From positions 529 through 64,528 of the forward strand of contig CAJBYO010000015.1 in the NCBI GenBank assembly GCA_903959905.1: a DNA stretch of 64,000 nt, in the 5' to 3' direction. This document shows positions 29,192 to 39,313 of the stretch, one piece after another. Both the position numbers and the translations under genes were made by a program. The DNA is from an uncultured Bacteroidales bacterium (GTDB lineage Bacteria > Bacteroidota > Bacteroidia > Bacteroidales > FEN-979). The notes under the pieces were generated by a model. The model was not told the DNA's origin. It did not search any database and saw only the letters and a program-made list of their open reading frames with translations. Positions within the stretch are counted from its first letter, which is position 1. Each line of letters begins with the position of its first letter.

Positions 29192-30370
29192 ATGAACGAA
29201 CTAAGTACCTCCAGTGTGAAAATAATGGTCGTCGACGACGAAACCGATCTGGAACCCCTGATCCGGCAGAAGTTCCGCCGGCAGATCCATGAAGGGAAAT
29301 ATGACTTTGTATTTGCCTTCAACGGACTCGAAGCGCTGAGCCGGCTCATTGAATTCCCAACTATCGGAATCATCCTCTCGGATATCAACATGCCTGAAAT
29401 GGACGGCCTTACGTTACTCTCCGAATTGAAAGCGCTGAAGAATCCCGGGTTGAAAACGGTTATCGTATCCGCTTACGGCGACATGGAGAATATCCGTACC
29501 GCCATGAACCGCGGAGCATTCGATTTTCTGACCAAACCTATAAACTTTTTGGACCTTGAGATCACCATTGATAAAACCATGGATGAGATCATGCAGCTTC
29601 GTCGTTCCATGAAAGAGCATGATCAGCTGATCTCCATCCGCCAGGATCTGCAAACGGCCCGTGAGATCCAATTAGCCATTCTGCCTAAAGTGTTTCCCCC
29701 GTTCCCGAACCGTACTGATTTTGACATATTCGGATCCATGATCGCAGCGAAGGAAGTAGGTGGCGATTTCTACGACTTCTTCATGATTGACAACAAACGG
29801 CTGGGGTTTGTCATCGGCGATGTTTCGGGAAAAGGTGTTCCTGCAGCTATTTTCATGGCCGTGAGCCGGACACTCATTCGCGCTACCGGGCTGAAGGGAA
29901 TTCCTACCGGCGAATGCATGTCGTATGTAAACAACCTGCTGTGCAGCGAAAGTGTTTCGTGCATGTTTGTCACCGTTTTTTACGGTATCCTGAATACAGA
30001 AACCGGCGAAGTGGAGTATGTCAACGCAGGGCATAATCCGCCTTATATTTTGTCGGCCAGTGGATTACGCAAAGTTGAAATGACTGGAAGTGTGGTACTT
30101 GGGTGTTTTGAAAATATGGAATACAAATCAAAAAGGGTAACGCTGGCCCCCGGTGATAAATTATTTTTGTTTACCGACGGCGTTACAGAAGCGTTTGACA
30201 AGGACGACCAGATTTATGGCGAAGCGCGGCTTGAAGAATACCTCCAAAAGAACTCGCATAAACCGATCAAAGAGATCACTGACAGCACAAATCTGGAGCT
30301 GGCCAATTTCATGGCAGGGGCTGAAATGTCTGATGACATTACCATGCTGATCTTACAAATTTCAAAGTAA
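29192..30370 (+). CDS. Response regulator with SpoIIE/PP2C phosphatase output (RsbU-like)
   Basis: REC (VVDDE, LSDINMPEMDG, FLTKP) plus PP2C (VGGDFYD, GDVSGKG, NAGHNPP, FTDGVTE, DDIT). Confidence 0.93.
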   Translation: MNELSTSSVKIMVVDDETDLEPLIRQKFRRQIHEGKYDFVFAFNGLEALSRLIEFPTIGIILSDINMPEMDGLTLLSELKALKNPGLKTVIVSAYGDMENIRTAMNRGAFDFLTKPINFLDLEITIDKTMDEIMQLRRSMKEHDQLISIRQDLQTAREIQLAILPKVFPPFPNRTDFDIFGSMIAAKEVGGDFYDFFMIDNKRLGFVIGDVSGKGVPAAIFMAVSRTLIRATGLKGIPTGECMSYVNNLLCSESVSCMFVTVFYGILNTETGEVEYVNAGHNPPYILSASGLRKVEMTGSVVLGCFENMEYKSKRVTLAPGDKLFLFTDGVTEAFDKDDQIYGEARLEEYLQKNSHKPIKEITDSTNLELANFMAGAEMSDDITMLILQISK

Positions 30371-30412
30371 ACTATAGAAGGATAGGTTTGCTGCCTTACA
30401 AGTGGAAATTCT

Positions 30413-31594
30413 CTATTTCCATTGATTCTCCGGGTACCTCACTGTTACAATCTTCCTCACCTCACGGTGTAGCGTTTCCCGCAGCACGTCAATATTTTCC
30501 TTATTGGTGGCTGAAATGAACAGCGACGGAAGGTTTTCATGCGCCATCCATGTCCGTTCCAGTTCTTCAAGGGTCATATTTTCCCTGGTCGGGGGTGTGA
30601 GGTCGTCGGAATCCTTTTCGGTGAACCTGTACGCATCGATCTTGTTGAAAACCATGATGGTAGGTTTGTCGGAGGCTTTGATGTCGGTGAGTGTTTGCTT
30701 CACCACGTTGATCTGTTCTTCAAAATCACGGTGGCTGATATCGGCCACATGCACCAGGATATCGGCTTCGCGCACTTCGTCAAGGGTTGACTTGAACGAT
30801 TCCACCAGGGAATGGGGGAGTTTGCGGATAAAGCCGACAGTGTCTGACAGCAGGAACGGCTGTGTTTCAATAACTACCTTACGTACTGTGGTATCCAGTG
30901 TGGCAAATAACTTATTTTCAGCAAAAAGCTCGGATTTGCTGAGCACATTCATGATGGTTGATTTGCCAACGTTGGTATAGCCCACCAGTGCCACGCGAAC
31001 CATGTCGCGGCGGTTTTTCCGTTGGGTGGCCATCTGTTTGTCAATCTCTTCCAGCTTATCTTTCAGCAGGCTGATACGGTAACGGAGGATACGCCGGTCA
31101 GTTTCAATTTCCTGCTCGCCGGGGCCACGAAGCCCGATGCCTCCGCGTTGCTTTTCAAGGTGGGTCCACATCCGGGTTAGACGGGGCAGAAGATATTCAT
31201 TCTGTGCAAGTTCAACCTGTGTTCGTGCGTAGGAAGTAACAGCGCGACGTGCAAAGATATCCAGGATGAGGTTGTTCCGGTCAAGGATGCGGCATTGCAG
31301 CACGTTTTCAATATTGCGGATCTGGCTTGGGGAGAGTTCATCATCAAAAACGACCATGTCGGTTGGATTGGCCTCCATCCAGGCTTTGATCTCCTGTAAT
31401 TTACCGCTTCCGACATAAGTGCGTGAATCAGCATGATCAACCCGCTGGACGAATTGTTTAACAGGAACTCCTCCGGCTGTATCAACCAGGAAGGCAAGTT
31501 CATCAAGATATTCGGTGGTACGGTCCATATCCTGCAGGCGGGTCGACAAACCAACCAGCACGGCAGTTTCTTTCACAGGAGCGGTCTCTATCAT
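30413..31594 (-). CDS. hflX: GTPase HflX
   Basis: GPGEQEIETDRR, GYTNVGKST, LFATLD, DTVGFI, NKID. Confidence 0.96.
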   Translation of the reverse strand: MIETAPVKETAVLVGLSTRLQDMDRTTEYLDELAFLVDTAGGVPVKQFVQRVDHADSRTYVGSGKLQEIKAWMEANPTDMVVFDDELSPSQIRNIENVLQCRILDRNNLILDIFARRAVTSYARTQVELAQNEYLLPRLTRMWTHLEKQRGGIGLRGPGEQEIETDRRILRYRISLLKDKLEEIDKQMATQRKNRRDMVRVALVGYTNVGKSTIMNVLSKSELFAENKLFATLDTTVRKVVIETQPFLLSDTVGFIRKLPHSLVESFKSTLDEVREADILVHVADISHRDFEEQINVVKQTLTDIKASDKPTIMVFNKIDAYRFTEKDSDDLTPPTRENMTLEELERTWMAHENLPSLFISATNKENIDVLRETLHREVRKIVTVRYPENQWK

Positions 31595-32589
31595 TAAAAG
31601 GGCTTGAAACCGATGATTTCGCGAACTTCGCGGACAGTCTTTGCAGCAGAAGCGTGTGCTTTTTCAGCACCCAGTGCAGCCACCTTTTTAAGATAATCCG
31701 TGTCGGCGGTAAGTGCCATCATTTTTTCACGGAAAGGCGTGGTAAAGAGGATGATATCTTCGGCCAGCTGCTTTTTCATGTCGCCATAGCGGATGGTTCC
31801 TGACTGGTAGGTATCCTCGAAATGCTTTACGGTTGCCAGTGTGGAAAAGTAGTTCATCAGGTCAAAAAGGTTCACCACCCCCTGGGAACGTGGTTGCCCG
31901 GGATCAACGGCACCTGCATCGGTTACTGCTTTCATCACCTTTTTACGGATGACTTCAGGACTGTCGGCCAGGTAGATAGAGTTGTTTTCATTGTCAGATT
32001 TTGACATCTTCAGGCTTCCGTCAAGACCGGGTATTTTCACCAGGTTCTCGCCGAAATTATAGGCCACCGGTTCCGGGAAATATTCAACGGAATAAAGGCG
32101 GTTGAATCGGTTCGCAAAAGTGCGGGTCATCTCCAGATGCTGCTCCTGGTCCTTGCCTACAGGCACTTTGGCGGCCCTGTGAATGATGATATCAGCCGCC
32201 ATCAGGGTAGGGTAGGTGAGCAGACCGGCATTCACATTCTGCGGTTGTGTGCGGATTTTCTCCTTGAACGAGGTGCATCGCTCCAGTTCGCCTACATAGG
32301 CATTCATGTTAAGGAGGAGATATAATTCGGCTGTTTCGGGAAGATCACTTTGAATATACAGTGTTGCTTTTTCAGGATCGAGGCCACAGGCAAGGAGTTC
32401 AACCAAAACGGTTTTTACATTCCCATGAAGGTCAGCCGGAGTAGGATGAGTTGTAAGAGAATGATAATCAGCTATAAAGAAATAACACCGATTCTCTTCC
32501 TGCATTTTCACAAAATTCCTGATCGCCCCGAAATAATTTCCGAGATGCAGGTTCCCGGTAGGCCTTATGCCACTGACAACAATGTCCAT
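31594..32589 (-). CDS. trpS: Tryptophan--tRNA ligase
   Basis: SGIRPTGNLHLGNY, YPTLMAADI, VPVGKDQEQH, KMSKS. Confidence 0.97.
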   Translation of the reverse strand: MDIVVSGIRPTGNLHLGNYFGAIRNFVKMQEENRCYFFIADYHSLTTHPTPADLHGNVKTVLVELLACGLDPEKATLYIQSDLPETAELYLLLNMNAYVGELERCTSFKEKIRTQPQNVNAGLLTYPTLMAADIIIHRAAKVPVGKDQEQHLEMTRTFANRFNRLYSVEYFPEPVAYNFGENLVKIPGLDGSLKMSKSDNENNSIYLADSPEVIRKKVMKAVTDAGAVDPGQPRSQGVVNLFDLMNYFSTLATVKHFEDTYQSGTIRYGDMKKQLAEDIILFTTPFREKMMALTADTDYLKKVAALGAEKAHASAAKTVREVREIIGFKPF

Positions 32590-32622
32590 TGATTATGTTA
32601 TTTGGTTTGGTTGGTGTATAAT

Positions 32623-32761
32623 CGTGACGCGTGACATGTGACGCGTGACAATCTCTTAGTTAACATTTATAGAGTACAAGTACCTCTTCACCCATCACCC
32701 GTCACGCGTTACCCGTCAACCGTCACGCGTCACGCGTCACGCGTCACGCGTCACGCGTCAC
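32623..32761. repeat. Inverted pair of GTGACGC/GCGTCAC heptamer arrays
   Basis: 4 units (32623-32650) and ~10 opposite-orientation units (32688-32761); the rng stop codon lies in the last unit. Confidence 0.9.
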
Positions 32762-34308
32762 ATCTTAATTTCATCCCCATTCTTGTTCAAAAAATGGTAT
32801 TCAAGAAAATGTGAAGCATTCTGAGGTTTGATCGTTACCCACTGGCCATATTTGCGCCACCATTTCCATTTAAAATTAAACCAACCATGCGTGAGGAAAG
32901 CATGGAGGTATGGATGGACAACCAGCGTGAGATTTTTTTCGTTCTGTTCCCTGATGAGGTAGCCAAGGTTGTTCTCAATGTCATCGGTGAGAAGGATGGT
33001 AGGCCTGATTTTTCCGGTGCCGTCGCAGGCAGGGCATTTTTCAAGTATCTGCACACTCATCTCCGGGCGTACGCGCTGACGGGTGATCTGCACCAGTCCG
33101 AATTTGCTTGGAGGAAGGATGGAATGCTTGGCGCGGTCGCGCTTCATTTCATCGCGCAGCTTTTCAAAAAGGGCACGCCGGTTGGCTCCCTGGGTCATGT
33201 CGATGAAGTCAATCACCACGATGCCGCCCATATCGCGCAGGCGCAGCTGGCGGGCAACTTCAGTGGCTGCTTCCAGGTTGACCTCCAGGGCATTCATCTC
33301 CTGGTTCTGGTCCTGGTTTACCCGGTGGCCGCTGTTGATGTCAATAACATGAAGGGCTTCAGTGTGTTCAATGACGAGATAAGTACCACTACGGATGGTA
33401 ACGATCTTTCCAAACGAGTTTTTGATCTGCTTGTCAATGCCATACTGGTCAAAAATGGGAACCTTGCCGGTATGAAGTTTGACAATATTGACCTTATCCG
33501 GAGAAATACGCTGGATGTAGGTTCTGATCTCATCATACAGCACTGAATCGTTGACAACGATGTTGTTGAACGATTCATTCAGCGCGTCCCTCAGGATGGC
33601 CGATGTACGGTCAATTTCGCCGATGATCTTCTGCGGAGGTTTGGCTGTAGCCAGCTTTTGTGTGATGACCTCCCAGCGTTTATAAAGATTTCGAAGGTCG
33701 GAATCAAGGTCAGCAACCAGTTTATTTTCCGCCACGGTGCGGATGATAATCCCGCAACCCTTAGGTTTTATACTGGTAATCAGCCGCTTGAGCCTGTTTC
33801 GCTCTTCTGCGCTTTTGATCTTTTGCGATACTGAGATTTTATCCGAGAATGGCATAAGGACCAGATACCTTCCGGCAAAAGCAATTTCAGAAGTGACCCT
33901 GGGTCCCTTCGTGGAAATCGGCTCTTTGGCGATCTGAACCACGATATCCATGTTGGGTTTGAGCACCTGGTTGATCTTTCCGGTCTTCTGGATATCAGGT
34001 TCAAGCTCAAAGTCACCAAGTGTAACAGCACCACCGTTGGCGGTTTGTCGTTTCCTGATGTACTTCAGCAATGATTGTACCTGAGGACCAAGATCAAGGT
34101 AATGCAAAAATGCATCCTTCTCATAACCAACATCCACAAAGGCAGCATTCAATCCGGGCATGATCTTTTTGATCTTGCCCAGATAGATATCGCCAACGGA
34201 ATATTCGTTGTTGGATCTTTCCTTATTTAACTCTACAAGAAGTTTATCTTCTAGTAAGGCGATTTCAACTTCCGATGAAGTCGAATTGATGATTAATTCC
34301 TTATTCAC
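32758..34308 (-). CDS. rng: Rne/Rng family ribonuclease
   Basis: S1 domain (GDIYLGKI, AAFVDVG), KEPISTKGP, IDINSG, RQLRLRDMGGIVVIDFIDM, CPAC. Confidence 0.93.
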   Translation of the reverse strand: MNKELIINSTSSEVEIALLEDKLLVELNKERSNNEYSVGDIYLGKIKKIMPGLNAAFVDVGYEKDAFLHYLDLGPQVQSLLKYIRKRQTANGGAVTLGDFELEPDIQKTGKINQVLKPNMDIVVQIAKEPISTKGPRVTSEIAFAGRYLVLMPFSDKISVSQKIKSAEERNRLKRLITSIKPKGCGIIIRTVAENKLVADLDSDLRNLYKRWEVITQKLATAKPPQKIIGEIDRTSAILRDALNESFNNIVVNDSVLYDEIRTYIQRISPDKVNIVKLHTGKVPIFDQYGIDKQIKNSFGKIVTIRSGTYLVIEHTEALHVIDINSGHRVNQDQNQEMNALEVNLEAATEVARQLRLRDMGGIVVIDFIDMTQGANRRALFEKLRDEMKRDRAKHSILPPSKFGLVQITRQRVRPEMSVQILEKCPACDGTGKIRPTILLTDDIENNLGYLIREQNEKNLTLVVHPYLHAFLTHGWFNFKWKWWRKYGQWVTIKPQNASHFLEYHFLNKNGDEIKM

Positions 34309-34389
34309 AGCGTTCCATGTATTACGAGAATGGTACTGACAATAGGTCAGTAACCGTGGATGACTTAAGGAATTGCAGCAGCAGGAAGG

Positions 34390-34479
34390 CTATTTCTTCT
34401 TATGTCTGTTCTTGCGCAAGCGTTTTTTCCGCTTGTGCGTTGCCATCTTATGTCTCTTTCTTTTCTTACCACTTGGCAT
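34390..34479 (-). CDS. 30S ribosomal protein bS22 (AURKAIP1/COX24-like), 29 aa, missed by the ORF track
   Basis: Translates to MPSGKKRKRHKMATHKRKKRLRKNRHKKK*; lies between HU and rng. Confidence 0.88.
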   Translation of the reverse strand: MPSGKKRKRHKMATHKRKKRLRKNRHKKK

Positions 34480-34500
34480 AATAAATCAACTTAGAAGTTA

Positions 34501-34791
34501 TTACTTCACTTTAACATGTGATTTCACTTTATTTACGAAGGTCTTCGCCGGCTTGAAAGAAGGAATGTTGTGGGCGGGAATGATAAGCGTCGTATTCTTT
34601 GAAATATTTCTCCCTGTCTTTTCAGCTCTTTTTTTGATAATAAAACTACCGAAGCCTCTGAGGTATACGTTTTGACCTGTGGTCATGGAATTTTTGATGG
34701 AATCCATGAAAGCTTCTACAGTGGCCTGAACGGCAACTTTCTCAATGCCAGTCTTATTAGCAATTTCTGCTACAATTTCTGCTTTTGTCAT
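34501..34791 (-). CDS. HU/IHF-family DNA-binding protein
   Basis: MTKAEIV, VYLRGFGSF, GRNISKN, PSFKPAK. Confidence 0.95.
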   Translation of the reverse strand: MTKAEIVAEIANKTGIEKVAVQATVEAFMDSIKNSMTTGQNVYLRGFGSFIIKKRAEKTGRNISKNTTLIIPAHNIPSFKPAKTFVNKVKSHVKVK

Positions 34792-34858
34792 GTTTGATGG
34801 ATGTTAATTGTTATATAATATTGTTACTGAATGTCTTTTATCTGCTGAAAACGGGTTG

Positions 34859-34866
34859 CAAAGATA
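34859..34866 (-). promoter_or_regulatory. Bacteroidota -7 box (TATCTTTG) for HU-bS22-rng
   Basis: TAnnTTTG match in the AT-rich divergent intergenic region. Confidence 0.6.
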
Positions 34867-34966
34867 TAATTTTTTTCATATACAATGAAATATTGTCAAA
34901 TTTAATTGGGGTCAGAAAGCAAAGAAAGTGTTTAAACCACGTTCAGGCTCACTTTGTTATTCAACT

Positions 34967-34974
34967 TATCTTTG
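34967..34974 (+). promoter_or_regulatory. Bacteroidota -7 box (TATCTTTG) for mutY
   Basis: TAnnTTTG match 22 nt upstream of ATG 34997. Confidence 0.6.
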
Positions 34975-34996
34975 CGGCATGATCAGTCAACCTGAA

Positions 34997-36052
34997 ATGA
35001 ATTTTTCGCTGGACTTACTTTCATGGTATGCCCTGCACAAGCGTGATCTGCCCTGGAGGCATACGAAGGATGCCTATTTTATCTGGTTGTCGGAGGTCAT
35101 TATGCAGCAAACACGGATAGAGCAGGGCCTGCCCTATTATGAGAAGTTTGTTGAAACATACCCCACGGTAAATGAACTTGCCTCCGCAGATGAACAGGAT
35201 GTTCTTAAACTTTGGCAGGGACTTGGCTATTATTCTCGTGCCAGGAACCTGCATGCTGCTGCGAAGGTTGTTGCTGATGATTATGCAGGAATTTTTCCGC
35301 AATCGTATGATGATATCCGCAAACTGAAAGGTATCGGTGAATATACTGCCGCAGCCATTGCTTCCATCTGTTTTGATCTGCCTTATGCGGTGGTGGACGG
35401 CAATGTCATTCGATTTATTTCAAGGTTATTTGGGATTACTGAATCTGTTGATACCGCTGAAACAAAAAAGAAAATCCTGTCAATTGCAACTGAATGCCTT
35501 GATCCGCTCAATCCCGGGGATTATAACCAGGCAATGATGGAGTTCGGTGCTACGGTTTGCACGCCTGTAAAGCCCGGTTGTGAGGATTGCATCTTCAAGT
35601 CAGCATGTTGGGCATATCTCAGCCACATGGTTGACGAAATACCGTTGCGAAAATCAAAAGTCGCGGTGCGTGAGCGGTATATCCACTATCTGGTTCTTAC
35701 ATATACCCAGGAGGGGGAGGATTTTATTTACCTGAATAAAAGAACCGGCAGCGACATCTGGAGGAATCTGTATGATTTTCCCTGCCTCGAATTGACCGCG
35801 GAAAAAAATACCGGAATCCTTCCTTTGCAGTCGTTTACCTCACTATTAAACACAAGTGCCGCAGTCCTTGGAAATGTAACAGATGAGTATATACACCTGC
35901 TTACGCATCAAAAACTGCATGTCAGGTTTTACCGGGTGCATATACCCGAAAAAATTGAATTGCCATTTATACCTGTGAAGGTCAGTGATCTATCAGCTTA
36001 CCCTGTACCCAGGCTGATTGATCGTTATGTGTTGGCACAGGATTGGATTTGA
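34997..36052 (+). CDS. mutY: A/G-specific adenine glycosylase
   Basis: RDLPWR, SEVIMQQT, WQGLGYYSRARNL, HhH LKGIGEYTA, VDGNV, 4Fe-4S motif CTPVKPGCEDCIFKSAC. Confidence 0.95.
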   Translation: MNFSLDLLSWYALHKRDLPWRHTKDAYFIWLSEVIMQQTRIEQGLPYYEKFVETYPTVNELASADEQDVLKLWQGLGYYSRARNLHAAAKVVADDYAGIFPQSYDDIRKLKGIGEYTAAAIASICFDLPYAVVDGNVIRFISRLFGITESVDTAETKKKILSIATECLDPLNPGDYNQAMMEFGATVCTPVKPGCEDCIFKSACWAYLSHMVDEIPLRKSKVAVRERYIHYLVLTYTQEGEDFIYLNKRTGSDIWRNLYDFPCLELTAEKNTGILPLQSFTSLLNTSAAVLGNVTDEYIHLLTHQKLHVRFYRVHIPEKIELPFIPVKVSDLSAYPVPRLIDRYVLAQDWI

Positions 36053-36103
36053 GCGGAGCATCTTTTCAATTTTTCTTAACTTCGCAGCTGAATTTCATCT
36101 CCA

Positions 36104-37585
36104 ATGGAAAACCAGCTTTTTATTCATAACACGCTTACGCGCACGAAAGAGATTTTTGAAGCCATCAACCCGCCTTTTGCCGGTATGTATGTTTGCGGAC
36201 CGACCGTTTATGGCGATCCGCACCTCGGGCATGCCCGCCCGGCGATCACTTTTGACCTGGTTTTCCGCTACCTCCTGCATCTTGGTTACAAGGTGAGGTA
36301 TGTAAGGAACATCACCGATGTGGGCCACCTGGTGGCTGATCTGGATGAAGGCGAGGATAAAATCGCGGTGAAGGCACGTGTTGAACAACTGGAACCCATG
36401 GAGGTTGCACAGTATTATGCCGACCGCTACTTCATATACATGGATGCCCTGAATGTCAAGCGCCCCAGCATTGAGCCACGCGCCTCCGGGCATATGATCG
36501 AGCAGATCCTGATGGTTCAGAAGATCCTTGACGAGGGTTATGCCTACGAGGTGAACGGATCGGTCTATTTTGATGTTGAAAAGTACAGTAAATCATATAA
36601 TTACGGCAAACTTTCCGGCCGCATTCTTGAAGACCTCCTTGCCAATACCCGAACCCTTGAAGGTCAGGATGAGAAGCACAATGCCGCTGATTTTGCACTC
36701 TGGAAAAAGGCCCAGCCCGAACACATCATGCGCTGGCCTTCGCCGTGGGGTGACGGTTTCCCCGGATGGCACCTGGAGTGCTCCGCCATGAGCACGAAGT
36801 ACCTCGGTGATTATTTCGACATTCACGGCGGAGGCATGGACCTGCTGTTCCCCCATCATGAATCGGAAATTGCACAGTGCCAGGCCGCCATCGGCCATGA
36901 ATCAGTAAAATACTGGCTGCACAACAACATGATCACCATCAACGGGCAGAAAATGGGAAAATCTTTGGGAAATTTCATTACCCTGGACCAGTTTTTTACC
37001 GGCACCCATGCCTCGCTTCAGCAGGCCTACAGCCCCATGACCATCCGGTTCTTCATCCTCCAGGCGCATTACCGCAGTACGCTTGATTTTTCAAACGAAG
37101 CACTGCAGGCGGCTGATAAAGGATTAAAAAAGTTACTGGCCGGGTATGAAACGTTGGGGAAGCTGATGCCCTCACCCCTGGCCCCTCTCCCAGAGGGAGA
37201 GGGGAGGATCGCCGACCTTCAGAGGAGCTGCTATGATGCCATGAACGATGACTTCAACAGTCCGATGGTCATTGCAAGCCTCTTTGAAGGTGTGCGCATC
37301 ATCAATTCGGCCGCTGATAAAAAAGAGGATCTGTCATCACCGGAATTAACTGGCCTGAAAACCATCTTTGATACCTTCCTCTTTGAAATCCTTGGGATCA
37401 AAGAAGAAAAAGGCGGAGATAACCATGAAGTGGTTGACGGACTGATGCAACTCGTTTTGGCCATTCGCCAGAAATCACGTGAAACAAAAGACTGGGGAAC
37501 GTCGGATCAGATCAGGGACGCCCTGCAGAAACTTAAGATAACGGTAAAAGATGGAAAAGACGGGTCGGCGTGGAATATTGAATAA
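36104..37585 (+). CDS. cysS: Cysteine--tRNA ligase
   Basis: [42 protein letters not shown]. Confidence 0.97.
   Translation: MENQLFIHNTLTRTKEIFEAINPPFAGMYVCGPTVYGDPHLGHARPAITFDLVFRYLLHLGYKVRYVRNITDVGHLVADLDEGEDKIAVKARVEQLEPMEVAQYYADRYFIYMDALNVKRPSIEPRASGHMIEQILMVQKILDEGYAYEVNGSVYFDVEKYSKSYNYGKLSGRILEDLLANTRTLEGQDEKHNAADFALWKKAQPEHIMRWPSPWGDGFPGWHLECSAMSTKYLGDYFDIHGGGMDLLFPHHESEIAQCQAAIGHESVKYWLHNNMITINGQKMGKSLGNFITLDQFFTGTHASLQQAYSPMTIRFFILQAHYRSTLDFSNEALQAADKGLKKLLAGYETLGKLMPSPLAPLPEGEGRIADLQRSCYDAMNDDFNSPMVIASLFEGVRIINSAADKKEDLSSPELTGLKTIFDTFLFEILGIKEEKGGDNHEVVDGLMQLVLAIRQKSRETKDWGTSDQIRDALQKLKITVKDGKDGSAWNIE
37169..37207. repeat. REP-like palindrome translated in frame within cysS
   Basis: ccctcacccctgg-cccctctccc-aga-gggagagggg-agg, encoding [13 protein letters not shown]. 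Confidence 0.8.
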
Positions 37586-37631
37586 AGAATATTGGACATT
37601 GAACATTCAACATTGAATAAAGAACACTGAA
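37573..37631. repeat. Heptamer tandem (gaatatt-like, ~8 units) overlapping the cysS stop
   Basis: gaatatt gaataaa gaatatt ggacatt gaacatt caacatt gaataaa gaacact. Confidence 0.8.
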
Positions 37632-37633
37632 CT

Positions 37634-39313
37634 ATGAAAACCATTTACTCACTCGCGCTGTCATTGCTCATTCTGACAGGTTGTTCTTCCAAACAGGAAA
37701 AAATGAAAAAAGAACTGACTGATTTTATTCGCCAGCACGATTCGGCGCTGATTCCGTTATACAAACAAACAGCACTTGCCTCATGGGAAGCAGCTGTTTC
37801 AGGGAAACCGGAGGATTTTAAAAAGGCTGAGGACCTCAATCTCAAGATGATGGCGATCTTCTCAGATAAATCAAAATTAAAAAGACTGGAGGAGATCAAA
37901 GTTTCCGGAATGATCACCGACACAATGCTGAACCGCCAGTTGGATGTGCTGTACAGGTCTTTCCTGATGGCAAAGGCCGACACCGGGAAACTGAATGCCA
38001 TGGTTCGCATGGGAACTGTGATCGAACAGAAGTACGGCAATTTCCGCACCGAGGTAAAAGGGAAGAAACTGTCGGATAATGATGTGGAAGAGGTTCTCAG
38101 CGGCTCAAAGGATGTGCAGTACCAAAAGGAGGTTTGGGAAGCTCAGAAAAAGATCGGGGCTGTTGTTGCCGATGATGTGAAGAAACTTGTCAAACTGCGC
38201 AACGAAGTGGCGAAGGACCTTGGATTTAAAAACTATCACGAAATGAGCCTGACCCTCAGCGACCAGGATCCGAGGGAGGTAAGCACCCTTTTTGATGAGC
38301 TCGACAGCCTGACGAGAAAATCATTTGCAGAGGTTAAGGATGAGATAGATGTCTATTTTGTCAAGTATTATAACCTGAAAAGCAAGGATGAACTCATGCC
38401 CTGGAATTACCAGAACCGCTTTTTCCAGGCAGCACCAAAGATCTACGGCGTTGACCTTGACAAATACTATAAGGATAAAAACCTTGAAACGCTTACATCG
38501 GAATTTTACAATGGCATTGGTCTTCCGATTTCCGACATGCTTAAAAACAGCGATCTCTACGAAAAACCCGGGAAGAACCAGCATGCATTCTGCACGGATA
38601 TTGACAATGCCGGCGACGTTCGGGTTCTCTGTAACGTAAAGCCGAACCAGTATTGGATGAACACGATGCTCCATGAATTTGGCCATGCCGTATATGATAA
38701 AAACATTGACACAACACTGCCATTCATCCTCCGCGATCCGGCCCACACCTTCACAACGGAAGCGATTGCCATGATAATGGGGCGGTTTTCATCAAACCCC
38801 CAGTGGATAAAAGACATGACTGGCATCAGTGAGGAGGAAAAGCTGAAAATTGCTGATAACTGCTTTAAAACCCTTCGGCTCGACCAATTGGTCTTCAGCC
38901 GCTGGGCCCAGGTGATGTACCGTTTTGAAAAGGAGATGTATAAAAATCCCGACCAGGACCTCAACAAACTCTGGTGGGACCTTGTTGAAAAGTACCAGCT
39001 GATGAAGCGTCCCGAAGGGCGAAATGAACCCGACTGGGCGACAAAAATCCACATTGCCACCTATCCGTGTTATTACCACAACTACCTGCTCGGTGAATTG
39101 CTGGCATCACAGCTCTACTATTATATCGTTGGAAATGTCATTAAGTCAGATGATTACAAGTTCCAGAGTTTTGTGGGTAAAAAAGAGGTAGGCAATTTCT
39201 TAAAGGAAAAAGTCTTCATGCCCGGAAGCCGCTGGTACTGGAATGAAATGATTGAAAAAGCTACTGGCGAAAAGCTGACTGCAAAATATTATGCAAAGCA
39301 GTTTGTGAACTAG
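37634..39313 (+). CDS. M2/M3-type zinc metallopeptidase lipoprotein
   Basis: Lipobox LTGC; GKNQHAFC, HEFGH, TEAIA, KIHIATYPCYYHNY. Confidence 0.85.
   Translation: MKTIYSLALSLLILTGCSSKQEKMKKELTDFIRQHDSALIPLYKQTALASWEAAVSGKPEDFKKAEDLNLKMMAIFSDKSKLKRLEEIKVSGMITDTMLNRQLDVLYRSFLMAKADTGKLNAMVRMGTVIEQKYGNFRTEVKGKKLSDNDVEEVLSGSKDVQYQKEVWEAQKKIGAVVADDVKKLVKLRNEVAKDLGFKNYHEMSLTLSDQDPREVSTLFDELDSLTRKSFAEVKDEIDVYFVKYYNLKSKDELMPWNYQNRFFQAAPKIYGVDLDKYYKDKNLETLTSEFYNGIGLPISDMLKNSDLYEKPGKNQHAFCTDIDNAGDVRVLCNVKPNQYWMNTMLHEFGHAVYDKNIDTTLPFILRDPAHTFTTEAIAMIMGRFSSNPQWIKDMTGISEEEKLKIADNCFKTLRLDQLVFSRWAQVMYRFEKEMYKNPDQDLNKLWWDLVEKYQLMKRPEGRNEPDWATKIHIATYPCYYHNYLLGELLASQLYYYIVGNVIKSDDYKFQSFVGKKEVGNFLKEKVFMPGSRWYWNEMIEKATGEKLTAKYYAKQFVN

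Noticed and set aside
34373..34675. 100-aa plus-strand ORF
   Set aside because: Antisense shadow of the bS22 and HU genes.
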